From positions 76,675,181 to 76,739,180 of the forward strand of contig NC_068981.1 in the NCBI RefSeq assembly GCF_001194135.2: 64,000 bases of DNA, given 5' to 3'. This document shows positions 51,016 to 64,000 of the stretch, one piece after another. How positions within the stretch are numbered: position 1 is the stretch's first letter; every line of letters begins with the position of its first letter. A model generated the notes under the pieces. It made no database searches. It saw only the letters and a program-made list of their open reading frames with translations, and was not told where the DNA came from. The translations under genes were made by a program, and so were the position numbers. The stretch comes from Octopus bimaculoides. Its lineage: Eukaryota.

Positions 51016-52374
51016 GTTTTTGTCTCACAGGGATAAACCTGAATATACTGGATTTGCACGTTCTCCATCATCAGTTTTTATTTTTCTTACCACTCTGCTG
51101 ACGTCAAAGGGGCATCTGACTTCCACCACAGAGCATATTTTTGTTTTGTAGCCCCAAAATTATTGATTGTGTTTTAATTTGATAGATGTTCATGTTTAAT
51201 ATTCTTTTGATTCCTCGGTCTCAATATACTACATTTTGTTGTTATTTTTCCTTCTCACTATTCTCCAAATTGTTCCTGTTATCATAATGTTGCTAAGGGT
51301 AGATTTTGTATAGCTTAGATTTCTTGTCACCTGATGATTTATTACCTTTATATTGAAGTTAGATAGTGGTGATTACTTCATAATCCCCACCAAGTAACTT
51401 TATGCATTACATAGAACCAACATGCCAGGATTTTAGTGTAGTTTATTTCCCCTATGGCATACGGTTTTCGTTTCATGTGCCAATGTACAACCTGCTCGAT
51501 GAATTGTCTATATTCTTATTTTCTCTTGTGTTATCTAGGTTTTTTTCCCATATTCAGTGAGATTTGTGTCTGTTTTATTTCACATATCTCATAAAATTCA
51601 TAAGCTATCATAATGACATTTGCTTTTTCGTGCTCACAATCTGAGTAAGATAATTGCTGCGGTGTTATTATTTTATCTGGATAATGCTGATTCAGTTTAT
51701 CACCTGGGTCAAATGGGATGTTCATACAGATTCAAGGTCACATACAAATACTACAATACTAAATATAATCTGTTTGTATCGCCGTTTATATTGAAACAAT
51801 TTCTAGTGACTCTGGACAGTTCGTAATACTTCTACCAATCTCATTGGATGTTACCAGGTCCAATTCATAATGCTGAAGTGTCAAGAGAAGTGCTCTAATA
51901 ATGTGGTGTGTGATATGCTTGTAATAAAATGAGGGTTCTGTTGATTATAATTTCATTACTTTTCGGGGGATTCCTTTCTACATGTCTTCATTGATTGTTC
52001 CACGGTAAGCGATCTTTTTGTTCTATAATATGTCCCACCAAAAATATACATAAGTACTCATCAAATTCCATTTCAATGTCTGTTCAAAGTTGGGTAACCA
52101 TGTCTATTTGGTGTCTTAAGTGATTAATATCGTAATGGATTGTCCACAGGGTAAATAAGAAAGATACTTAGCATTCGTGTCTAAAAACAATGTTTTGCGA
52201 GAACGCATGATAATGGATTCAAGAGACGAGCAGAACTGATATAATAACGGCTTAATAGATGCTTTGCGGGGGATGATATATAGTGACGTGGGATTTTATG
52301 TTTGCCTTATATAAAATCTTGTGGTATACCAACTCTTGTGAGGCTTTCTTTTCGATTCATTCGAATTCACACCA

Positions 52375-52500
52375 GTGTCTAATAATCAAAAATGTAAGTT
52401 CTAATATAACATTTCCTTTCAGTTCAGCTATCGCTTTGTATATCTATTAATATATCTCTGCTAATCTACTGATATGTCTGAAGACTGACTGTCTATCGCT

Positions 52501-52557
<57 letters not shown>
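52375..52557 (+). repeat. Direct repeat copy 2 of 49300-49495
   Basis: About 85-90% identical by eye to copy 1, including the (TATC)n tail. Confidence 0.9.
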
Positions 52558-52682
52558 AGTAACCTCCTTCTTTCATTATTTATCTCTCTCTTTCTTTCTG
52601 TCTCTCTGTCTCTCTCTCTCTGTCTCTCTCTCTCTGTCTCTCTCTGTCTCTCTCTCTGTCTCTCTGTCTCTCTCTCTGTCTC

Positions 52683-52722
<40 letters not shown>

Positions 52723-55700
52723 ACTCGCTCTTCTTACACACGCGCACACATATACATGCAAGCACATATATGCACGGCCATGGACATGTATATCTATATT
52801 GATAGGGTTCCTTATACATACACGCGAGTGTGTGCACACGTGTGTGCATATATACGCAAGCGTATATGTTCATTTTTATCATTTTAGTATATTACTCGCG
52901 TAATCATTTTGATCATCGGTCTGCTTCCTTAGCTATGACTGAGGGTTAAATATACATCAGTAGCCACGCAATTTTCACAGAACATCAACTTCCAAATTAT
53001 GACAAGTTTAACACCAACTCGTGAGTCTTGAATGCTTTTTACAGAGTAAACTGTGATGTATTCATTTTGACTAAGACCTGGCTTATAGAAAAACTTCCTC
53101 TCTTCCTCTCAGCACTCCTGAAGGATCTGCAGAATTGTACAAGCACTGTTTTACTTCTGCGTCATGCATCAATAATTTTTTTTTTTTTATCTGAATAGCG
53201 GATTGTCATGTAGGAAACAGCTTCTGTACAACTGTAGCTGGGCTTCTGAAATGTGTTGACTGTGTGAGAGAAGTGTAAAACCAATCTTACGCAGTTATAA
53301 GAATTATTTTATTGACTCCCAGCTGGGTACATTTTTATATGAAATAATCAGAAATTTGACGACGGAATATATTGGAATTCTTTAAGAAACTTAAGCAAAT
53401 TCTACGTTAATAATACTTCTCACGCATTTTTTCAGAATAGAATGAGATTGTGCCAATTTCCAAAACTTAACTCATTCATGAAATCAAATATATGAAGAAT
53501 ATTATTGAAACTGTAATCGATTACTAGGTAAAAATAACGTAGATTAAAAGAACATAATAGCAAAAATATAAACAAATTAGTGATGTAAAACGTAATGCTC
53601 CAGCAGAGACAAAATACTGTAAACCAAATAAAGAACTAAATAATCAAAGTCCACCTTTCTAAACTTACATCTTAGACACTATTTCATGGAAATATGTGTA
53701 TTTCATTTATAATATATATAAATATAAATTTATATTCTAAGTACGGAAACTATTCGTCTTGCGTCAAATTACCATAATTGATTTACAGTAGAGATATTTT
53801 CACAAAAGTAAAATTATATTCGATTCTCTTTGATATGGAGTCATTTCTATCTTGAATTTACACTTGACCAACACTTTAATTTCTCAAAAAATATTCATAC
53901 TTTTTTTCTCAAGCATTAATGCAACCAATCTTTCTATTGAAACTAGAGATGTTTAAATCATCAAATATAAAGTCATAAAGAAAAACTAACGTTTCATCTC
54001 TATTTAATGCTCTGAAATATTTTACTTGTTAAAATTTAATGGGACTCAATTTTGATTAGAGTTTAATGGATTTTTTTTCAAATAAAATCCATTTTCTTAT
54101 CTTGTTTTTATATGTAAAAACACAGCTCAGCCCACAAATAAATGCTAATGCTGCCAGATGCTAAACGTTGGAACATGTTGCAATTCGCAAACACTTGGAA
54201 AATGCAACTTTACTGATCCTTCTCACACTTATTCAGCAGAATAGAAACAAGTTGTTGCTGAGTCTAGAATTTAACTGATTTGTGAACTTTAGATATACGG
54301 AAAACATCACTTGAAAAACGTTCAAAACAAGCATCCAAGAAAGAAAAAGAAATTATTTAACGAGGGATGTGATGACCATAATGCCCAGAAAAGCAAATGG
54401 AAATATATGCAAATACCATGAAATAAATAAGGGCTAGGTTACTAGTATAGACAAAGAGTCAACATATTTAAAACCTAAACAACAAATAACAAAACAACTA
54501 AATATGTGTATATATTACCTTCGGTTCTCGGTCAGTCGTCGGGGCTCAACGTATCATACGGGGAAGAATAAGGTTAGTGTGGTGTCTGGCGATGGATACA
54601 ATACCAAGACAAGAGGAGCGACAAGAGAGTCAGGCAGGAAATGGTTGAAGTGGATTAAGACAAACTGGCTTCGATAATCAGGAGCTATACTCGATGCAGT
54701 AGAAAAGGAGCAAAACCTAAGAGACAGTATGCTTTGAGAACAGAATTCAGAGCATGTTGCTTCCGTCGCGCTAGTTTTAACTCTTTGCTCCTAATTAAAG
54801 CTAAGCATCTTCTGTCCCAAAATATTTATTTTATATTTTGTAAGGCATAAATGTGCAAAAATAAAAATAACAAAACTATTATAGGTCAGAGGTCGTAATT
54901 GTTTTCAACAGTCATGCTGCTTATCCTCATAGCAATTTGTGCTAATCTATTCCCATGAGGAACCATTACTTCAATGTAGGTGCAAACCATCAAACAGGCG
55001 TTAGTCATCATGAATATTAATCCATCAATACTCAAATAGTGAAAAATGTGTATATTTCAGGAAAAGGGCAATACCTATAACTATTTTCAAGCATTAGGGA
55101 CTAGTGAGAGGAAGCGATTTTTCTATAGTTGACAATACCCGAATGTTTACAGAAGAATGCACTCCGCTAAAAGCACTTGCCCAAAATGTCGTACAGTGGA
55201 ATGTAATCGGTGATCACGTAGTTGTGAAATGAACTTCTTAACTGCACACCCACATCAGTTGACAACCTAATGTTCTATAAGCAGTCATTAGACTATAGAT
55301 TTTGGCATTATAGAAATATCTACGCCAAATTCAATGATTTTCATAAGTGTTGACTTAACTAGAGAATGAAACTACTTAGTTTTTCGCGTGACCTCTTAAT
55401 CTCATATTTACACTACTGTAAAAACTTCGAAATATAATTTCCTCTTTAGAAACGGTGCTGCCATTAACATAATATTGCACTTCGGAGGTGACTCGGTGTT
55501 GATAACCAAATAAATTCCTACTGCGGTTAAGAAATTGCTTGTTGATCAAAACCTCCTATCAGAAGCTGCTCACACCATCTTTTAACATAAAGCACCAGGT
55601 TTAGTAGATTTCGAAAGTTTCAAACATGCTATAAACAATAATCGGTGCTGGTTTCTTAGTAAATTTGAATCTAGCAGTCAGTGGCAAATGGACAATATTC

Positions 55701-55786
55701 CGTTATCAAATGACGATATTATGTTAATTCATTCAATTTGAATGAATTTAAAAGATTCATTATTGCCTATTAGCAACAACAAACAT

Positions 55787-55923
<137 letters not shown>

Positions 55924-56821
55924 ACTCACATGCACATACAGACAGAAGATGACCCAGAGAATCTCATCTTGCCGTGGACACAGTCACTTGAAGCTAACTA
56001 CATCAAAACCAAATTATAAACCTATGCTATAACTATGGATAACAAGGATATTGTGGAACATTGTAATGTGTAATGAACATAGCCATTACATAATGTATTC
56101 TTCTGAATATTAATTTTGCCGGTAAAGGAACAGTGTAGGGATTATCATTTCCTTATCGTCACTAACTCCAGCGAAATATATCCGATCTCATACAAATAAT
56201 ATTTCTCGTACTCTTTACACAAGTACATCACAAGATTTGTTGAAATCAAGTTTGATTTCAATAAATCATTGTGTCTAACACGTATAGTTGACGAATATAT
56301 CACGAGCGACGGTAACAATCCCTTTTGAGATTTTGATTTGTGAAATGCTACTAGAACGTTTCAACGTTTTATCGATTGTGTGTTGGAAGGTTAACTCTAG
56401 TATAGGAATTTAATGGTAATGTCTTAGCTACATTAAAAGCACAGATGAACACTTCCGACATAGCTCAGCTTTTCTTTGAACTTTTAGACAAGTACCAAAT
56501 GATAATCAATTCATTCAAATTACACTTTCGTCGTTGTCTCACTGGATTCTTCAGCCATAGGTGGATAAGTACATTATTCCCACATTTAAAGATCAGATTA
56601 GGTAACAGAAGTGTTAAATTGAAATTATCACCTACAGTTTTTGAAGTATTTGCGCGGGAGAAATCCTTATTTGTAGAAGCCGCCAATGTTCATTGATTTC
56701 AAGTGAACAGTCAAATTTTATTCAAGTGACCGATGCTGTAGCTTTACCAGTGTTACCTTACTTCTTCATTTCATCATCGCTTTGCACCTAATCTGTCAAA
56801 TCTAGATGTCATGATTTTGCC

Positions 56822-57051
56822 AGAGAACTTCACACAGATGACTGTGCTGAAATATTTCCGACGTGTGGAGACCTTAATACGTTCATAATCCTGATTTACA
56901 GCCTAATCTTGCATTGAGAAATAGCACCTGCTAGAAATTCACACAGTTGACTATGTCCTGAAATATTTCCGATGCGTAGAAACTTTAGTACGTTCATAAC
57001 CCTGACTTACGGTCTAATCTTGCACTGAAACATAGCACCTGCAAGAAATTC
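56822..57051. repeat. Diverged tandem duplication, unit about 111 bp
   Basis: CACACAGATGACTGTGCTGAAATATTTCCGACGTG...ATAGCACCTGCTAGAAATTC followed by ACACAGTTGACTATGTCCTGAAATATTTCCGATGCG...ATAGCACCTGCAAGAAATTC. Confidence 0.85.
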
Positions 57052-58279
57052 TTCAATTGATAGAAATTCAATGTTTTCATTAATTGAATTCGTAAAAGAA
57101 AATACAGTACAATTAAATGTTTCAGTCTTGTGTGATCTTTCACAACTGTGAATCAAAGAACGCAGTTGCTTTCGGGCGAATTGTCAATAAAAGAACCACC
57201 CACAGATTGAGGTTTCCAAATCAATGATTGTAAGAGCGCATGTCACTGAGCACAATTTACGACTATCTTAAAGTATTTGCCAACTAAATTAGGCCGGACT
57301 ACTTCCTGTTCATTCATTATATGACGTTAATATATTAAGATGCTCTACATGTTGCTGTGGTAGGTGCGTAAATCTGACAAATGCCAAGAATAATTATTAT
57401 ACAAAGCTGATTTAAGGAAGTATGCGCCTTCGTATAGACGGTAAGTTCAAAGTGAACCAGGTATAGTGCTTAGTTTCGATTCTTGGTTGTATATATTTTA
57501 CTTACTCTGCTAATATCAGAGGAGTAGCATAAATTATCCAGATTCCATGTATAACCTAAACAGGATAGACATTAAACGATGCCTAAGATCACGGAAAGTC
57601 AAGCACCTGACTCTATACATTGAACTAGTATGTGATATAAATTTGTATTTATCCTTTTCTACTTTTCTGTGAAATACAGATTAGATTTAAATTCTGTCAG
57701 CTTCTACTGAGCTAGTTTTAATATTCCTAGGCTCTCATCTCCTAAAGAGTTAAAAATATAAAAGAACACCTTCTTTGAACCCACTGTCAATGTATTCATC
57801 CAATTTTGAACAGTGTAATTCTTGATATTGACGTTAGAATTGCTATTTCTCAACGATCTATCATGATTTATGAACGTTTCCCTTGGCAGCATGTTTTTAT
57901 TAAATCTAGCTGTTCCTTTTAAGTACTATAGATATTACTAACATAGCTCTTTAAATCTTCAAGAGATGGGAGATTGGATGGTGTATCTTGTTATTTTAAA
58001 TGTAGGCATGTATATANNNNNNNNNNNNNNNNNNNNNNNNNNNNNNNNNNNNNNNNNNNNNNNNNNNNNNNNNNNNNNNNNNNNNNNNNNNNNNNNNNNN
58101 NNNNNNNNNNNNNNNNNNNNNNNNNNNNNNNNNNNNNNNNNNNNNNNNNNNNNNNNNNNNNNNNNNNNNNNNNNNNNNNNNNNNNNNNNNNNNNNNNNNN
58201 NNNNNNNNNNNNNNNNNNNNNNNNNNNNNNNNNNNNNNNNNNNNNNNNNNNNNNNNNNNNNNNNNNNNNNNNNNNNNNN

Positions 58280-58330
<51 letters not shown>

Positions 58331-58705
58331 TATGTATGTATGTATATATATACACATATATATGTATGTATTTATGTATGTATGTTTGTATGTATGTATG
58401 TTTGTGTATATACATATAGGGTTTTATTTACGTAAATGGGAGATGGTTTCATGCCAAAATAAACTGCAACTCATGCGGCTGAAGTACTTTACTTCAAATA
58501 TACGTTTGCGAAAGTGCAACAATATCAGAGAAAACACAATTATTTGGTTCACCGTTTCCAACATGAGGATGGCTAGAATGTCCCAATGGCTGCAACATGT
58601 GAATCTAGCAGCCATGAGATAATACTATTTCGCTGATATGATACTATAATTAAATTTTCCCAATAGTACTCATTTAAGCTTATCATTATTATCAATATTA
58701 ATAAT

Positions 58706-58890
58706 GTGGTGAGCTAGCAGAATCGTTATTACTCCGGGCATGATGCTTAGCGGTATTTCGCTCGTCGTTACGTTCTGAGTTTAAATTCATCCGAGGTCGA
58801 CTCTACTTTTCATCCTTTTGGGGTCGATAAATTAAGTAACACTGGGGTCTATGTAATCAAGTAGTCTCCTCCCCCTAAATTTCATGCCTG
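58706..58890 (+). mobile_element. SINE family D (Nin/Deu-domain-like)
   Basis: GTGGTGAGCTAGCAGAATCGTTA head; TTACGTTCTGAGTTTAAATTC B box; GAGGTCGACTCTACTTTTCATCCTTTTGGGGTCGATAAATTAAGTA central domain. Confidence 0.85.
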
Positions 58891-58962
58891 TGCCTTTAGT
58901 AGAAAAAAAACTATCATTATTAAGTGAGGCAGCGAGCTGGTAGAATCGTTAGCATGCTGCGG

Positions 58963-61520
58963 TTAATTTGTCTTCGCGAGAATTTGGTTAGTAATTGTTA
59001 TTGTTAAATTTCGAACTTATGTGATTGTTCTACGTTCTGTTTTAACAGACTTAGTAGACTGTTGTTCCCCTCCGTAAGGAGAGGAAAATAATTAATGAAA
59101 TAATTTTTTGAAAGAAATATTTTGGAAAATATTTATTTTTGTGAAAATGAATTCAGAGGACAAGTTTTGTAACCCTGACCAAGCTTACCAGAGAGCAACT
59201 GTAAAACAAGACAAAATGAGCGAAAATGTGAACGAAAGCCACATAAATGCTATAAACGGAAAAAGGAACCAAGAAGGAAATATAAATGCTGAAAACGATA
59301 AAAGGAATAACGGAAAAGTAAACCCAACAGAAGACAACTAAAAGAAGATTAATTATGCCACCGCAGCCGGTGTGAGAAAAGATAAATTGAACATAGAGCT
59401 AGATTCACTGCGGCAACACAGAAGTAATTTCGAAAGAGAAGGTTTTGATTTTAAAGCCACCCTCCCTAACGAATTCATCGAATAAACAAAGAGGAAAATA
59501 ACATATAAGACAATGATAATAAAAAGACGAGAAAATAGACACGAACAAATCGAGAAGTGTCTACAACACATCTGGCAAGACATTGAGTTCTTGACCAGAG
59601 GGAGAAGATACCCCACAGTAGTGGTGTTCTTCAAAAATTAGGAATTAGGCTATAAAACACTCGCTCCAACCGATAAAAACCACTGAAGTCATTTTATTAC
59701 CAACTTATATGGATAGAACTTTCAAAATAGGTATTGATGAAATCCCACCAGAAATAAGTGTCATGTGGATTATCTCAGGCCTTCTAATGGGACTTGAGGA
59801 TAAAATCAAGATGATCGAAGCTTCTAGAATACAACAGAACTGACAGTGCCAAGGGCTAGAGATCATAATCCAAGCGGCCCCTCCCCACCCAAAGGTTAGA
59901 AGAAATTTCTGAGAACATCCACACTGGAGAAGAAACCACCTTGCGGGTAATGGTGGAGGGCAGGAAATTCAGATGCTACGAATGTAGCGAAAAAGGCCAC
60001 ATTCGGATAAACTGCCCCACCCGCAAGGAGAAAGAAGAAGAAAAGAACAAAAGAAAAAAGAACAAAACCAAAAGACTGACCAGCAGAACTCCGGCGACAA
60101 ATAAAAGCGACAACCAACCCAACTCTACAACAACCAAAGGAAAAAATCAGGACACTCGAAGAAAAATTACCCCACCCCACCACTATTTCCACAAAAGTCA
60201 ACAATATCAGGTTCCTCCCCATCCTATTCCCCCCTCGGCGATGAATCCCCCTTGCCCCTCTAGTTCGGATTTCCCTCCTCTCTCATACATCATCCCTCAC
60301 CCGTCAAGCCCAGGCAATCTGTCCCCGATATCAAGTCCAAGAAAATCTAACGAATATAAGGAAATACTGACTGCACTAAACAATGATAACGAACAATTAA
60401 AAAAAAAAGGCTAAAGCAAATACCAACGGCGTTAATTCACAAACATCACCATAAGACTCCAGAACATATTGCCATTTATAAAATAGATAAAGTGAACTAT
60501 CGCATCTTAGAAAACTATCACCCAACTGACATGGGTCCTCCAATACTTGATTTTAACAAGCTGAGGTACCAGGACCTATGCCAGAATATCACCCCACGAA
60601 CCTTTGAAAAAGAGAGCGCCACTAACTAAGGTAAGTCCATGTCAAGCATTCATGTTGGATGTATAAATGTACGTGGCCTGACGTCAGATCTGCTCCCGCT
60701 GTTTGACAATTACAAGAGTTTCTTCTATGCATGCTGTCCTCATAACGGGAGCCGGGTGTTGGTCCTATTAAAAAGAAACCAAGTTTCTGAGAAAAAGTTA
60801 TTTTTGTAGATCTAGAAGGTAGGCTGCTCGTCATTGACTTGACGTTCAGCCGTTGTAAGACTATCAGACTGGTTACAATCTATGCACTTCAAGATACGGT
60901 GCAAATTGGGTATTATCGGAACCTTGAGAAGTTTCTTGATACATCACATCCCTTAGTTGTTCTACGAGACTATAACACAATTTCCGATGCACGCGTGGAT
61001 TATGTTGGCTCGTGTGTTAATAAGACAAGTAATGCTTGCTTCCAGGATCTACTAAGACGTTATGTGTTGGTAGATCTATACAGACTGGAATTTCCGAACG
61101 CTCCATTGTGGACATGGACAAATAGCGACGGATCTTCCAGGTGTTATCTAGATAGAATATTAATTTGAAAAGTAGATAAGAAGATAGCTAGGTGTCCACA
61201 GTTTCACATGGTCAGCTACAGTGATCACAAGATGGTCACCTCTAAGCTCGACGTAGATAAGTTATATAGAGGTCTCAGCTACTGGAAACTTAATACGACA
61301 CTTTTGGCTATTGAGGAGTACAGAGACCGGATTAAGATGTTAATGCCCTCAAGCGAGCCATTAAATATGACTCTATTAGATTATAGCATAGGTTTAGTGG
61401 CTAGAGAGGCTAGAAGGGAATTAGCTCAAGTTAAGGTCTTAGAGGAAGCAATGCGAACTGGCTCTGCGGCTCGGGTGGAGTCCAAGAGAGTGGTGTTAAA
61501 CCAGTACCTCGAAGCTGCAT
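58963..61520 (+). mobile_element. L1/Tx1-clade LINE, 5' part: 5' UTR, disrupted ORF1 (CCHC knuckle) and ORF2 APE endonuclease; continues into gap
   Basis: ORF1 from about 59147 with CYECSEKGHIRINC (CX2CX4HX4C, about 59974-60016). ORF2 from about 60639: IHVGCINVRGL, VLRDYNTISDARVD, WTWTNSDGSSRCYLDRILI, YSDHKMV, GLSYWKLNTTLL. Several stops and frameshifts. Confidence 0.85.
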
Positions 61521-62101
61521 NNNNNNNNNNNNNNNNNNNNNNNNNNNNNNNNNNNNNNNNNNNNNNNNNNNNNNNNNNNNNNNNNNNNNNNNNNNNNNNN
61601 NNNNNNNNNNNNNNNNNNNNNNNNNNNNNNNNNNNNNNNNNNNNNNNNNNNNNNNNNNNNNNNNNNNNNNNNNNNNNNNNNNNNNNNNNNNNNNNNNNNN
61701 NNNNNNNNNNNNNNNNNNNNNNNNNNNNNNNNNNNNNNNNNNNNNNNNNNNNNNNNNNNNNNNNNNNNNNNNNNNNNNNNNNNNNNNNNNNNNNNNNNNN
61801 NNNNNNNNNNNNNNNNNNNNNNNNNNNNNNNNNNNNNNNNNNNNNNNNNNNNNNNNNNNNNNNNNNNNNNNNNNNNNNNNNNNNNNNNNNNNNNNNNNNN
61901 NNNNNNNNNNNNNNNNNNNNNNNNNNNNNNNNNNNNNNNNNNNNNNNNNNNNNNNNNNNNNNNNNNNNNNNNNNNNNNNNNNNNNNNNNNNNNNNNNNNN
62001 NNNNNNNNNNNNNNNNNNNNNNNNNNNNNNNNNNNNNNNNNNNNNNNNNNNNNNNNNNNNNNNNNNNNNNNNNNNNNNNNNNNNNNNNNNNNNNNNNNNN
62101 N

Positions 62102-62147
<46 letters not shown>

Positions 62148-62653
62148 TACACAAACTCAGAGAGACACACACACACAGAAACACACGCACAGAAACACAT
62201 ACACACTGAAACAAATACACACACACAAACACACACACACACACGCAAACACACACACACACACATGCACACACAAACACGTATGCACGGAAAGACCTGA
62301 AACCAACAGTTTTCGATACATGTAAGTATGCTAACGTTTACTTCATTTAATCTATGCGATCGCTCAAAACAGTTTCATTTTAGTACTTCGGTTGCATTCG
62401 CTACTGGTCTGGTTTTATCTATTTTTAGCAATATACCACGTAGCAAGTATTAAGTGTACATTTTCCGCTTATTTACTGCTAAAATTGCTGATAAACTTGC
62501 ATTTATCTTAGGAAAATTTCAAGAAAATAATCGGTAATCTCATCAGTGTATTTGTATGTGTTGTAGACTTCATCCACAACGAAGTATGGTCTTGTGCCAC
62601 ATCTGTTGTTGCTACAGTTTATATGAATATTAATCGTTCTCTCCATCCTGTAC

Positions 62654-62705
<52 letters not shown>

Positions 62706-63006
62706 NNNNNNNNNNNNNNNNNNNNNNNNNNNNNNNNNNNNNNNNNNNNNNNNNNNNNNNNNNNNNNNNNNNNNNNNNNNNNNNNNNNNNNNNNNNNNNN
62801 NNNNNNNNNNNNNAAACGACACTTGTTACGCGTATATAGGTAATTTTGTGTGCGCGCATTCGAAAATATACAGACACATATACATATATTCATACATTTG
62901 TGTATATGTATTATATGTATATATATGTATGTATATACATACAAGCACACACACAAAGACACATATGCATACATACATACATACATACATATATATATAT
63001 ATGTGT

Positions 63007-63046
<40 letters not shown>

Positions 63047-63591
63047 ATGCACGTATGTCTGCCTCTCTGTGTGCGCGTATACACGTACATACGCTATACT
63101 TTACATCCATGTATAATCCAAAGCAAACATATAACGCCCCGCTGTGTTGCTATAACGTCGCCATTCTCCCTACAAAACATCATCATCCTCAACAACTGGA
63201 AGAAAATTAACAGAAATAAAATATACAAAGAAAGCATTATGATGAATTAAGTATCTGTGAACGAAAGGCAATCTAGAGTAATCTAATTAAAGTAATTGAG
63301 GGAACGAAAGTTTTCGTCGGTAGAATGGAAAGATCAGCTGAGAATATATGTAGTAGAGAAAAAGTGGTTAAATGGAAATCAATGGAACGCGAAAGCAGCG
63401 TGGAAACAGAAGAGAACGAGTGAGAGAAAGAAGTGGGATAAGAGAGAGAAAGAGAGTGAAAGTGCGTGAGGGAGGGAGGGAGGGAGAGAAAGAAAGACAG
63501 TCGGAAAGAGAGTGAGTGAGTAAGTGAGGGATAGAGAGAGAGAAAGACAATGGGAGAGAGAGTGATCGAGCATAAGCGAGAAATGGTCAGA

Positions 63592-63634
63592 GAAGAAGAA
63601 GAAGAAGAAGAAGAAGAAGAAGAAGAAGAAGAAG

Positions 63635-63678
<44 letters not shown>

Positions 63679-63811
63679 GATGATGATGAAGAAGAAGAAG
63701 AAGAAGAAGAACAACAACAACAACAACAAGGTGATGATGATGATGAAGAAGAAGAAGAAGAAGAAGAAGAAGAAGAAGAAGAAGAAGAAGAAGAAGAAGA
63801 AGAAGAAGAAG

Positions 63812-63843
<32 letters not shown>

Positions 63844-63925
63844 GAAGAAGAAGAAGAAGTAGAAGAAGAAGAAGAAGAAGAAGAAGAAGAAGAAGAAGAA
63901 GAAGAAGAAGAAGAAGAAGAAGAAA
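63592..63925. repeat. Compound in-phase trinucleotide microsatellite (GAA)n(CAA)n(GAT)n
   Basis: Directly visible; produces the poly-E/Q/D ORF 63550-63942. Confidence 0.95.
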
Positions 63926-64000
63926 TCTATATTGAGAAATGAAAAGTGGAATACGAGATCGATAGAGTTTATATGAGGAAATCATGAAGGCAAATAGGAG

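Noticed and set aside
62503-62640. Minus-strand CTGATGA...GAAAT and short ORF RCGTRPYFVVDEV
   Set aside because: No stem II for a hammerhead and no recognisable protein motif.

Overview
AT-rich, repeat-dense eukaryotic DNA from a gapped draft assembly (roughly 9 kb of N, most gaps bordered by microsatellites). The SINE and LINE families resemble those of octopus/cephalopod genomes; this is inference from recalled repeat motifs, not a database result. No host protein-coding gene could be supported: nearly all long ORFs in the track are microsatellite or N-gap artefacts. Recognisable content is decayed mobile DNA: four tRNA-headed SINE families, two mariner remnants (one with DD34D spacing), a near full-length DD37D (maT-type) transposon, R4/Dong-like RLE LINE fragments, a 5' L1/Tx1 LINE (CCHC ORF1 plus APE endonuclease), Helitron/Helentron-type non-autonomous elements and two Penelope-like (PLE) GIY-YIG fragments. 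The main unexplained signal is a set of seven type I hammerhead ribozyme motifs in several unrelated non-coding repeats (229-275, 2979-3024, 6848-6891, an inverted pair in 12841-13183, 21108-21150, 40206-40245). One is an apparently intact copy with a compensatory U3:A8 core at the apex of a ~145-nt hairpin. Two head-to-head fold-back structures are built from hammerhead or PLE 3' ends. Together these suggest a PLE/retrozyme-like family of small self-cleaving retroelements. All folding, alignments and identities were done by eye and need computational confirmation.
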